Assembly: GCA_964016885.1 (NCBI GenBank)
Contig: OZ024761.1
Coordinates: 13,888,001 to 13,952,000, forward strand
From: Eledone cirrhosa
Lineage: Eukaryota
Length of the DNA: 64,000 nucleotides
Direction: 5' to 3'
Of the stretch, positions 13,101 through 26,412 are shown one piece after another. Under the pieces are notes generated by a model. That model was not told where the DNA came from. It saw nothing but the letters and a program-made list of their open reading frames with translations, and made no database searches. How positions within the stretch are numbered: position 1 is the stretch's first letter; each line of letters opens with the position of its first letter. Made by a program: the position numbers and the translations under genes.

Positions 13101-13792
13101 ACACACGTATACATATGTAGATGTACCAAGTTTTTTCACTGGTCACTTTACTGTGAGTGGCCAGCTATTCTGTATGTAAACACACAGACAAACCGGTTTT
13201 TAGAGTCATACTGGTTTTTGAGGAAACACCTTTCCTCTATTCTCCAGAAAGCCAGACAAGGAATATTGAACTAGTTTCGTTGTTGTTACAACTCATCAGC
13301 AATATTTACCCATCTTCCGGCCTCTCTAGAGAATCGTAAAAGCACATATCGTTATATGCTTTTTCTATGAAAATTAGTAGTGGGCAGACTAATTTGCATA
13401 GAGTGTGAGTAAGTACCGGTTCAACGGAGACGATAAAAACAAATAACGAAACGAAATTAAATTTCGTTTCGTTTGTAACTCACTTTTGTATGACTGACGC
13501 TTAAACAATTAAGTTAAAGATGTACATCCATATATGTATACTGAAATACTAGTATGTATATGAATACACACACGTATACATATGTAGATGTACCAAGTTT
13601 TTTCACTGGTCACTTTACTGTGAGTGGCCAGCTATTCTGTATGTAAACACACAGACAAACCGGTTTTTAGAGTCATACTGGTTTTTGAGGAAACACCTTT
13701 CCTCTATTCTCCAGAAAGCCAGACAAGGAATATTGAACTAGTTTCGTTGTTGTTACAACTCATCAGCAATATTTACCCATCTTCCGGCCTCT
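10164..13792 (-). mobile_element. Tandem array of a 467-bp hammerhead-containing monomer (candidate non-LTR retrozyme), about 7.8 copies
   Basis: Units start at 10164, 10631, 11098, 11565, 12032, 12499, 12966 and 13433 and look identical. Each has a type I hammerhead and several hairpins. The array is flanked by (TA)n on both sides. Confidence 0.85.
10460..10504 (-). ncRNA. Type I hammerhead ribozyme, copy 1 of 8 (others at 10927-10971, 11394-11438, 11861-11905, 12328-12372, 12795-12839, 13262-13306, 13729-13773)
   Basis: Minus strand reads AAUAUUG CUGAUGA GUUGU-AACA-ACAAC GAAA CUAG UU CAAUAUU: 7-bp stem I, intact core, 5-bp stem II, palindromic stem III (ACUAGU), GUU cleavage triplet. Confidence 0.92.
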
Positions 13793-13827
13793 TTAACTTA
13801 ATTGTTTATATATACATACATTTATAT

Positions 13828-13860
<33 letters not shown>

Positions 13861-13871
13861 CATATATATAT

Positions 13872-13930
<59 letters not shown>

Positions 13931-14312
13931 CATGGTTGTTTAATAACAATGGCAGCTGTCGTATGGGGTGGAGACAGCGGTGGTTGTGGTGGTGGAGATG
14001 GTAAGGAGGAGTGGAGGAATATATCTATTTTTTTCTTAAGTCCAAAACACCAACCAATCAAATGTCTCTCGTTGAATCATCATCATCATCATCACCATCA
14101 CCATCATCATCATTATTTAATGTCTGAATATATATATTATGTCCTTGAGCAAGACACTTTATTTCACGTTGCTCCTTCTACCTGGAGTTGCGACCGATAG
14201 ATAGTATTAGCAATTGGAAAGACCAATGGAAACATTGTTTCCTCGGTCCGATTTGACTGTCGTCGATATATATAAAACGAGTATATATAATATATATTAT
14301 ATATAATATATA

Positions 14313-14351
<39 letters not shown>

Positions 14352-14382
14352 TATATATATATATATATATATATATTAATTA

Positions 14383-15380
14383 AGAATGTAGGATTCACAT
14401 GCAGCAGCTGTGCTGAAACAGCAAGCAAACAGCCACAGGAAACAAGTACCACCAATCTCTGGGAGGGCCCTGTAGAAACAGTAGACAGCTTCTGCTACCT
14501 AGGTGACCGAATTAGCAACGGAGGTGGGTGCTCAGAAAGTACAATAACTAGGGTAAGAACGGGATGGAAGAAGTTTAGGGAACTACTACCACTGCTAGCT
14601 GCAAAAGGCTTCTCCCTCAGAATGAAAGGCAGACTGTATGATGCGTGTATCCGAACAGCGATGTTGCATGGTAGTGAGACCTGGGCGCTGAAGGTGGAAG
14701 ACTTACGTAGATTAGAGAGAAACGAAGCCTGCATGCTCCGATGGATGTGTAACAGTAATATACGTGAACGACAAAGCATAAATGAATTGAGAGAGAGACT
14801 GAGCATAAGAGGAATCAAATGCTGCGTGCAGGAGAGGCGGTTACGCTGGTATGGACATGTGATGCGTATGAAGGATGACAGCTGCATAAAAAGGTGCAGA
14901 GCACTAGAAGTTGATGGAAACCGCGGAGTGGGGAGACCCAAGATGACTTGGGATGAGGTGATAAAAGCCGACCTTACCCAACTACACCTCTCAAAGTCAA
15001 TGACACACGACCGTGACCTCTGGCGTCACGCAGTAATACAGGGTACCCGACCTCCCATGGGTACATGCTGAAGCATATAAACAATATGCCCCCCCCCCCC
15101 CCCCCCCACCGCAAGGTGGTCGTGGAGGTGCCACGGCAAAAAGCACCCAGCCCACACTGTAAAGTGGACGTGTAGGCGCCACGAAAAAGCACCCAGCACT
15201 CACTGTAAATGAGGTTGGTGTTAGGAAGGGCATCCAGCTGTAGAAATCAAGCCAGATCAGTTCCTGTATGAGCAAGGCATGGTCAGCCGACCAGACACTG
15301 CCCACAACAGGACAACCCGTCTAACCCATGCTAGCGTGGAAGAACGGACGTAAAACGGTGATGATGATGATGATGATGAT
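14383..15380 (+). mobile_element. 5'-truncated RTE LINE, second family with long 3' UTR
   Basis: FCYLGD, MLHGSETW, RRLRWYGHVMRM and GRPKMTW motifs; 3' UTR ends ggacgtaaaacgg(tga)n. Confidence 0.93.
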
Positions 15381-15436
15381 ATATATATCATCATCATTGT
15401 TTAACGTCCATTTTCCATGCTAGCATGGGTCTTATA

Positions 15437-15486
<50 letters not shown>

Positions 15487-15501
15487 AAATGAGTATATAT
15501 A

Positions 15502-15532
<31 letters not shown>

Positions 15533-17481
15533 GGAGGTTTGCTAATGTTCTGCGACGGGAAGATCAGAGGCGTGCGGTGTTCCACATTGCAAGGCAGTGT
15601 GTCAATGCAAATCAGGATGTTGTTGGTGATAAATGTGTCCGGGATGATGCCGGTGTACTTAGTGTCCCGAATGACCAGAAAAAGGAGGCCTGGAAATGTC
15701 ATTATGAGACACTGATGAATGTGGAGAACGAATGGGAGAGAGAGAAATTACCCTTGGTAGATCCGACAGAGGGACCAGCTATTGAGATTGACGAATATAG
15801 GGTCCAAGAGGCGATTAGGGAAATGAAAAATGGTAAGGCGGCCGGACCATCGGGAATAGTTGCTGAGATGCTGAAGGCATCAGGGGACGTAGGCACTAAA
15901 CTGGTTGCACGCATCATCAATCAGGCTATATATGGTGGTGTCATACCCAAAGACTGGTGCAGCAGTATTCTCATAAATTGCTACAAAGGTAAAGGGGATG
16001 CTTTGGAGAGGAGCAATTATAGGGGTATAAAACTGATAGATCAGGTTATGAAAGTGGCAGAAAGGATTTTAGCACAACTAATTAGAGAAAGGGTCAAACT
16101 AGATGAGATGCAGTTTGGTTTTGTGCCTGGGAAGAGTACAACAGATGCCCTCTTCTTGGTGAGACAAATGCAAGAGAGGTTCTTAGAGAAGAATAAGCCA
16201 CTATACTTAGCCTTTGTTCGCCTAGAGAAGGCCTTTGATAGGGTACCCCGATCTGTCATCTGGTGGTCCCTAAGGAAGCTGGGTGTTGTGGAATGGCTTG
16301 TGAGGACAGTGCAAACTTTGTACAGAGGTACTGTCAGTAAAGTCAGGGTAGGAATGGAGTTTAGTGAGGAATTCCAGATACAAGTAGGAGTACATCAGGG
16401 TTCGGTCCTCAGCCCGCTCTTGTTAATTATAGTCCTCCAAGCCATAACAGAGGAGTTTAAGACTGGCTGTCCATGGGAACTTCTCTATGCTGACGATCTG
16501 GCTCTTATGGCAGAATCAGTAGAGGAGCTAGAGAATAAATTCCGGCTATGGAAACAGCAGTTGGAAGCAAGAGGACTGAGAGTAAATCTAGCTAAGACAA
16601 AAGTGTTGATGAGTAGAAAAGAGGACAAAACCCTGATTCCGTCAGGGAAATGGCCATGTTCGATATGCAGAAAAGGAACTGGCATAAATTCTATAAAATG
16701 CACACAATGCAGGTCCTGGGTACACAAGAGATGTAGCGGGATAGCAGGCAAACTAACAGGTAGGGAGAAATATGTATGCAGTAGATGTACAGGGAAATTA
16801 GACAGTAGAAGTCACACTGATAGACACATTTTTCAAATGCGAGAGGGCGCTATAGAAGTGGTGGATAGCTTCCGGTACCTAGGAGATCAGATTAGCATGG
16901 GAGAAGGGTGTTCCGAGGCCATAGTATCTAGAATAAGGACGGGTTGGAAGAAGTTTAGGGAGCTGCTTCCTCTGTTGACGAAGAAGGGTTTCTCCCTGCA
17001 TACGAAAGGCCGGTTGTATGATGCCTGTGTGAAGAGCGCGATGCTGCATGGTAGTGAGACATGGGCAGCAACCGCAGAAGATATGTGACGGCTGGAGAGA
17101 AATGAGGCAAGCATGCTCCGTTGGATGTGCAGTGTAAATGTGCGTGAACGACCCAGCATAAATGTGTTGAGAGAGAAACTGTGTCTGAGAGGGATAGAAT
17201 GTAGTGTACGGGAGAGGAGACTGAGGTGGTATGGACATGTGATGCGCATGGAGAATGACCGATGGGTGAAGAAGTGCCAGGAAATGCCAGTTGAAGGAAG
17301 ACGTGGTAGAGGTAGACCACGAAAAACATGGGCGGAGGTGGTGAGAACAGACCTCAGATCATTGAAGCTCACGGTGGAGATGACGAGGGACCGTGACGAG
17401 TGGAGAGATGCTGTGCTGAATAAGATCCGTCCCACCCTTGCAAGCAGGGAAAAGCGGACGTAAAATGATGATGATGATGAT
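15533..17481 (+). mobile_element. 5'-truncated RTE-clade LINE with reverse transcriptase ORF, broken by one stop codon
   Basis: RT motifs KAAGPSGI, NYRGIKL, QFGFVPGKST, KAFDRVP, GVHQGSVLSP, LLYADDL; C-terminal RRLRWYGHV and RGRPRKTW; (GAT)n tail. TGA at 17086-17088 is CGA in the sister copy near 40188. Confidence 0.95.
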
Positions 17482-18708
<1,227 letters not shown>

Positions 18709-19687
18709 GAATGTAGGATTCACATGCAGCAGCTGTGCTGAAACAGCAAGCAAACAGCCACAGGAAACAAGTACCACCAATCTCTGGGAGGGCCCTGTAG
18801 AAACAGTAGACAGCTTCTGCTACCTGGGTGACCGAATTAGCAACGGAGGTGGGTGCTCAGAAAGTACAATAACTAGGGTAAGAACGGGATGGAAGAAGTT
18901 TAGGGAACTACTACCACTGCTAGCTGCAAAAGGCTTCTCCCTCAGAATGAAAGGCAGACTGTATGATGCGTGTATCCGAACAGCGATGTTGCATGGTAGT
19001 GAGACCTGGGCGCTGAAGGTGGAAGACTTACGTAGATTAGAGAGAAACGAAGCCTGCATGCTCCGATGGATGTGTAACAGTAATATACGTGAACGACAAA
19101 GCATAAATGAATTGAGAGAGAGACTGAGCATAAGAGGAATCAAATGCTGCGTGCAGGAGAGGCGGTTACGCTGGTATGGACATGTGATGCGTATGAAGGA
19201 TGACAGCTGCATAAAAAGGTGCAGAGCACTAGAAGTTGATGGAAACCGCGGAGTGGGGAGACCCAAGATGACTTGGGATGAGGTGATAAAAGCCGACCTT
19301 ACCCAACTACACCTCTCAAAGTCAATGACACACGACCGTGACTTCTGGCGTCACGCAGTAATACAGGGTACCCGACCTCCCATGGGTACATGCTGAAGCA
19401 TATAAACAATATGCCCCCCCCCCCACCGCAAGGTGGCCGTGGAGGTGCCACGGCAAAAAAGCACCCAGCCCACACTGTAAAGTGGACGTGTAGGCGCCAC
19501 GAAAAAGCACCCAGCACTCACTGTAAATGAGGTTGGTGTTAGGAAGGGCATCCAGCTGTAGAAATCAAGCCAGATCAGTTCCTGTATGAGCAAGGCATGG
19601 TCAGCCGACCAGACACTGCCCACAACAGGACAACCCGTCTAACCCATGCTAGCGTGGAAGAACGGACGTAAAACGGTGATGATGATA
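18709..19687 (+). mobile_element. Near-identical duplicate of the RTE copy at 14383-15380
   Basis: Same 5' start (gaatgtaggattcac) and only a few substitutions. Confidence 0.93.
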
Positions 19688-19970
19688 TATATATATATAT
19701 ATATATATAAAATGAATATATATATAAAATGTATATATATATATATATATATGTAAAAGGTAAACAGAAATAACACAATCGGTACAGTATATGGAAGGTA
19801 TATATTAGGTTAACGCTTGATATAACAGGAAGAGGGTTTTAACATTTCGGATGCTAGTCCTTCATCAGAAGAAAGAATGAGAAATAAAATAGATTAAGGG
19901 GACGGGCGGGATGGAATTGGTAAAAATGTCTCTAGATAAAAATAATAGGTCCATTCATGTTGACATCTCT

Positions 19971-20014
<44 letters not shown>

Positions 20015-20308
20015 ATGAATATATCGTCAGTCGATTGACTTTCGTCAAATTGGACCTAGGAAAAAATGTTTCCATTAATTTTTCCAGTTGCTAATACTAT
20101 CTATCGGTCGCAACTCCAGGTAGAAGGAGCAACGTGAAAGAAAGTGTCTTGCTCAAGGACACAACACATCGCCTGGTCCTGGAATCGAAATCACAACCTC
20201 ATGATTGCAAATCCAATTCTCTTACCACTCATATATATATATATAATTATATAATACATATAGATATATATAAAATAAATATATATATGTATATAATAAC
20301 TGGACATG

Positions 20309-20731
20309 AAAAATGCGCAAGCTCAAAAGAGCCACAGAATGTTATAATAAACCTTCAAAAATGGGGGACTAGAGTTGCTGAAAAATATTGTAATGATTAT
20401 CTATCGTGCGCTCTGTGGCATCCTTTTATAAAAAAGAGACTCATAACAAACTCAAGACGACACAATAATTATTTAAGCTAATGTTCAATATCTCATATTA
20501 GATGTTTAGTAATGATTAATACAAAATGCATTTAAACTGAATTCTATATTATAAATTCACTTAAATAATTATCGTGTCGTCTTGAGTTCATTATGAGTCT
20601 CTTTTTATAAAAGGATCCCACAGAGTGTACGATAGATAATGATTACAATATTTTTGAGCAACAACTCTAGTCCCACACTTTTGAAGGTTTATTATAACAT
20701 TCTGTGGCTCTTTTGAGCTTGCACATTTTTC
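20309..20731. repeat. Diverged inverted repeat (~170-bp arms)
   Basis: caagctcaaaagagccacagaatgttataataaaccttcaaaa is mirrored at about 20679-20721; aactcaagacgacac is mirrored at about 20575-20589. Confidence 0.85.
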
Positions 20732-21671
20732 AGGTTTAGTTTAATATTTTTTAAAGGCAACACTTGTACTAACTCTAGTTAAACATGATATATATTAATA
20801 ATAAATTATCGTTGTAATGTAATTAGATTATATAATTGTTATTTTATAAATGATCTTATAAATATTATTGTAAGATGTATAAAAATATTTTCAGACTTTT
20901 AATATAAACAACTACAAAAAACAATCATTATTAAATAAATATATTTTACATAAAAATTGTTATAGTTGAATTAATAAAAATTAAATCTTACATACAAATA
21001 GTCTAGCATAATAATACAAAAATAATCTAACATAATAATAATAAAATAATCTAACATAAAACGAACAATAATATGGACAAATATACAAGTAAATATGATA
21101 CAACCAATATTATAAGCATGTTATAACGAACTGAAAAAAATAGTTAATATAAATTTAATAAATCATATATAAATTAACAATATAACTTACCAAAACGAGA
21201 AAAATATTTTGATGATAAACGATGAAATACAGGAGGAAGATTCGAAAGCGAAACGATAAATAAACGTGCAAACAAAGTGGCGGATGCTTTTGAGCAACAA
21301 TTACTCTCATTGGTTGATTAGCCAATAAGACGATGAAATTAGCCAATAAGACGATGAAATTAGCCAATAAGATGATGAAATTAGCCAATACGACGACACA
21401 TTATAAAACATGTTTGGGAGGGATGACCACGGCCAACGAAACTACTTGAATATTTTATTCACAAGCTATGCATATATGTCAGAACACGCAGACTTAAAAC
21501 ATTCTGTTGTTAGTCGCTGCGTGTCTAACAGATAATAAAATGCGCAGTAGTTTCAGATGCTAAAGTCCTTTATTGATAAGGGAATGGGTGAAGGCTTCAA
21601 GAATACCGTCTTTGACCATTCCCATATCGTTTTAATTTGGATTGCCTCGTGAATGTAACCTTATGTTAGAA

Positions 21672-21746
21672 GCTGTCTGATGAGATCATGGCACTGGTTA
21701 TGCGGAATCATGTGGCCACTATCGTTATCGAAATATGTATCACAGC
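21672..21746 (+). ncRNA. Type I hammerhead ribozyme with long stem II
   Basis: GCUGU CUGAUGA GAU...AUC GAAA UAUGUA UC ACAGC: perfect stem I, intact core, AUC triplet, near-palindromic stem III. Confidence 0.8.
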
Positions 21747-22248
21747 CTTATCAATAGAGGACTTTTACCCTTTAGCATTCTAATCTATATATACTATTAT
21801 ATTTTAATGGTAAAGGCTTTATCTCACATAATTATCTCACATAATATCGAATCTATGAGATTTTGAAAGTATTTATTTTGAAAACAATACCTTAATATCA
21901 GTTTGAGCGACCAGTTACAGCCAGTTTCAACAGAAAGAGGTAGAGAATTCTGGCCAGTTTTGGCCGGTTTGAACACTAAAGGCTTAACATTTGAAACTAC
22001 TTACCATTTTCTTATATAAATATACTCCGTCATGCCTATGTGGAAAAAGCACTTGAAGTTAATTTCTTCAATATTTACTGTAAGTTATCTAGATATATTT
22101 ATTTACTTGGACCCGTTTTCTGTTTCTCCTTTGTGATCCTGTCTCGTGAAGAAGGGCTTAAGCCTGACACGTCAAACTTTCATTCCTCTATCCAATATAA
22201 AGCATGAAACTAATAAGACTTTTTGTACATATGTTTGTTGTTTCCTTG

Positions 22249-22316
<68 letters not shown>

Positions 22317-22365
22317 TCATCATCATTTCATTTTACGTCCACTTTTCCCTGCTTGCAAGGGTGGG

Positions 22366-22406
<41 letters not shown>

Positions 22407-22810
22407 GTTCAGCATGGAAGAACGGACATAAAACGGTGATGATGATGATATAATTATAAGTTTGAAGAATAGTCAGACAAAATTTATCCAATTCTTTTCC
22501 TCCTTAGAAATCAACCAGATAAATAATCTGCAATTATCCAGTGTATTACTGGTACTTTATTTTATTGACCCCGTAAGGATGAAAGGCAAAGTTATCCCAT
22601 ATATATATATATCTATATATTGTTTCTACTTTTGGCACAAGGCCAGCAATTACCCAGTGCATTACTGGTACTTTATTTTATCGACCCCGTAAGGATGAAA
22701 GGCAAAGTTAACCTTGACGGGATTTAAACTCAAACCGTAAAGGGACGTAACTATGCTGGAAAGCATGGTGTCTGACCCTCTACCGTTACTGCCAATATAT
22801 ATATATATAT

Positions 22811-23116
22811 ATCATCATCATCATCATGGTTTAGCGTCCGTGTTCCACACTTGCATGGGTTTGGACGGGGGTTTTCCCACTTGAGGCAAGAGTGGTTGTC
22901 TTGCTCGCATAGGACTGTCTGGCGGGTTTTCTACAGCTGGATGCCCTTCCTAACACCAACCACGTTTACAGTGTGGGGCTGGGAGGTTTTTACCGTGTTG
23001 CCTACACGGCCACATTACAGCGTGGACTGTCTGGCGGGTTTTCTACAGCTGGATGCCCTTCCTAACACCAACCACATTTACAGTGTGGGACTGGGAGGTT
23101 TTTACCGTGTTGCCTA
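22811..23116 (-). mobile_element. RTE 3' UTR fragment with internal ~92-bp duplication
   Basis: Reverse complement of the RTE tail; ggactgtctggcgggttttctacagctggatgccc occurs twice. Similar - strand tail fragments lie at 1-70 and 32724-32932. Confidence 0.8.
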
Positions 23117-23204
23117 TATATATATATATATATATCTATATATATATATATAGATAGATATAACAATAGTAATAAATGGAAAATATAACTAGAGCATCAT
23201 ATTT

Positions 23205-23260
23205 ATTTATTAGACATATTTCAAGGATACTAAGTCATAGTACGCTTTCATCAGATAAAA
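23205..23260 (-). ncRNA. Hammerhead-like motif
   Basis: CUGAUGA AAGCGUACUA-UGACU-UAGUAUCCUU GAAA UAUGUC. Stem I is imperfect. Confidence 0.5.
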
Positions 23261-23498
23261 TACAATATTTGATGTATAAGATAGTGACATATCCAAAATA
23301 TAGACCTCCACGGTCAACTTACAATGGATATGTGAAAAAAAAATCTCAAAATTTCGTAGCATATAACTTAATAGGGATATATTAAACAGATAAGACTGTT
23401 GTTATAGACACTTGAAAATTTTACTTGTAGACTGCTTCATATCTGTTATGTTTATAACTCTGTTGAATATTTATCAACAAAGCATATAACTCATTGTT

Positions 23499-23525
<27 letters not shown>

Positions 23526-23530
<5 letters not shown>

Positions 23531-23665
23531 TTTAATATAGAAAAGGCTTCTACAGGACTAGAACTGTTTCATTCGGGAGAAATCATAGGAAGCCTTTGGC
23601 TTCCTGATGATTTCTCCCGAATAAAATAGTTCTAGTCCTGTAGAAGCCTTTTCTATATTAAATAT
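23526..23665. repeat. Palindrome with ~68-bp arms
   Basis: tatttaatatagaaaaggcttctacaggactagaact...agttctagtcctgtagaagccttttctatattaaata. It contains CTGATGA and TGAAAC remnants. Confidence 0.88.
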
Positions 23666-24445
23666 TTATACTCTGCTTTGTATTGAGTACGTTACATACT
23701 GTGGTTACCCCCAATAGAACCCGGGATAAACTTGTGTGTGTACATATCATCTTTTAATGTCCATTTTCTACTTTTGCATGGGTTATATATGTATATATGT
23801 ATATGTGTGTGTGTGTGTGTGTGTAACCCCCCCCCCCCCCGCATTCGAAACTAATCTCTCCAAAAAAAAAAAAAAAAGATTTATTTCGTTAGACAACAGA
23901 AAAAGTCTTAATCTTTGATTTATTGTACTGTTATTAAATAATTAAATATATGATCGTTGCTGTAATTGTTGTTGTTATTATTATTATTATTATTATCTGC
24001 TTCTAGAGAGAAAGAGAGAGGGGGGAGATGAATGGAGATTATTTAAAGGCTACTTAATCAATGATATTAAAAACATGCTGCTCTTAATGAGCGGTTTTAT
24101 TCCAGATGTTATTTTAATGAAATTAATGAAAATAGCTGAGGGTTAAGTGGCAGATTAGAAAAGACGAAAAAAGTTTAAATTTTTTTGTTTTGTGTCTGCT
24201 AGATAATCTGGGATTGAATATATAAAAAACAAAAGCCAAAGCGTACAGAGTGTACACAGTGTACATAGCATACCATGAATACTGTGTACACAGTGTATAT
24301 ATACGTATTTACTCGTTCAGATTAACTGGATTATTTCCGCTTTCCTCACCTGGGCTTCTCTAAAGAAAAAATAATAAAATTGAATAGATCCTGTCTGTGG
24401 TGAGAGGTGACTTAATAGGTTGGTGGTGTCAGGAAAGGAGCATTC

Positions 24446-25150
24446 ATCTGTCTTAAACCAGAAGGCTCATTTGACCAGTGTTTATCCCGGTTTCATGGTG
24501 TGAATTGACAGAGTACAAGACTCCCTCCACTGGATAGGACGCCAGTCCATCACAGGGTCAAAATCTGTCTTAAACCAGAAGGCTCATTTGACCAGTGCTT
24601 ATCCCGGTTTCATGGTGTGAAGTGACTGAGACTACACAACTCACCTCCCCACTGGATAGGATGCCAGTCCATCACAGGGTCAACATCTATCTTAAGCCAG
24701 AAGCCTCATTGACCAGTGCTTATCCCAGTTTCATGGTGTGAAGTGACTGAGACTACACAACTCCCCTCCCCACTAGATAGGACGTCAGTCCATCACAGGG
24801 TCAAAATCTATCTTAAGCCAGAAGGCTCATTTGACCAGTGCTTATCCTGGTTTCATGGTGTGAAGTGACTGAGACTACACAACTCCCCTCCCCACTAGAT
24901 AGGACGCCAGTCCATCACAGGGTCAAAATCTATCTTAAGCCAGAAGCCTCATTGACCAGTGCTTATCCCAGTTTCATGGTGTGAAGTGACTGAGACTACA
25001 CAACTCCCCTCCCCACTAGATAGGACGCCAGTCCATCACAGGGTCAAAATCTATCTTAAGCCAGAAGGCTCATTTGACCAGTGCTTATTCTGGTTTCATG
25101 GTGTGAAGTGACTGAGACTACAAGACTCCCCTCCCTGGGCAGGACGCCAT
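24446..25150 (-). repeat. About 6 tandem copies of a ~115-122-bp unit, probably a SINE 3' part
   Basis: The unit's reverse complement contains accctgtgatggactggcgtcc...gaaaccgggataagc, typical of SINE bodies. Confidence 0.85.
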
Positions 25151-25282
25151 CAACTCTATTACTGGCAGTGATTCTTTAAGATCACCAAACACTTACATGT
25201 CTTTTGGTAGCTATTTCTATCAAAACTACATAGAAATATACCAATATGACAGGTTCATTTCCAGGATAGCTTTGATGTAATA

Positions 25283-26237
25283 TCACCACCAACACATCCA
25301 CCACCTCTAATACCACCAACACCACCAACCTCACCAACAAACCACCAATACCCACCATCACCACCACCACCTCCAATACCACCAACACCACCACCAGTCC
25401 CACCTCCACCTCTACTACCACCATCAACGCTACCAACAAATCACCACCACCACTACCTACAAACCACCACCACCAACCCTACCAACAAACTGCCACCACC
25501 ACTACCACTACCACCACCACCACCAACCCTACCAACAAACTGCCACCACCACTACCACCACCACCACCAACACCAACCCTACCAACAAACTGCCACCACC
25601 ACTACCACCACCAACCCTACCAACAAACTGCCACCATCACTACTACCACCACTACCACTACCACCACCACCACCACCAACACCAACCCTACCAACAAACT
25701 GCCACCACCACTACCACTACCACCACCAACCCTACCAACAAACTGCCACCACCACCACTACCACTACCACCACCACCAACACCAACCCTACCAACAAACT
25801 GCAACCACCACTACCACCACCAACACCAACCCTACCAACAAACTGCAACCACCACTACCACCACCACCACCAACACCAACCCTACCAACAAACTGCAACC
25901 ACCACTACCACCACCACCACCACCAACACCAACCCTACCAACAAACTGCAACCACCACTACCACCACCACCACCACCACCAACACCAACCCTACCAACAA
26001 ACTGCAACCACCACTACCACCACCACCACCACCACCAACACCAACCCTACCAACAAACTGCAACCACCACTACCACCACCACCACCACCACCAACACCAA
26101 CCCTACCAACAAACTGCAACCACCACTACCACCACCAACACCACCAACCCTACCAACAAACTGCCACCATCACTACTACCACCACCGCCACTACCACCAC
26201 CACCACCACCAACCCTACCAACAAACCGCCACCACCC
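25283..26237. repeat. Compound minisatellite (ACC)n-AACCCTACCAACAAACTG
   Basis: Directly visible. Confidence 0.93.
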
Positions 26238-26357
26238 TATTTCCCCTTTACCGTTTCCGCCATTGTTGTTGTCCCGCCAATCATATTGAATTTGGCAAGT
26301 TGCTCCTTACAAGTTCTTGTATTAATCAACTTACAACGTAGCTGCTCTATTTACTTA

Positions 26358-26412
<55 letters not shown>

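Noticed and set aside
10355-13792. Repeated 60-aa ORF (MASYSVCKH...) in each 467-bp unit
   Set aside because: It has a GTG start, no recognisable domain and lies antisense to the ribozyme; it recurs only because the DNA is repeated.
22140-22177. Hammerhead-like remnant gtgaaga-agggcttaagcct-gacacgtc (similar weak cases near 2847 and 39915)
   Set aside because: Several core positions are mutated, so it is too degenerate to call.
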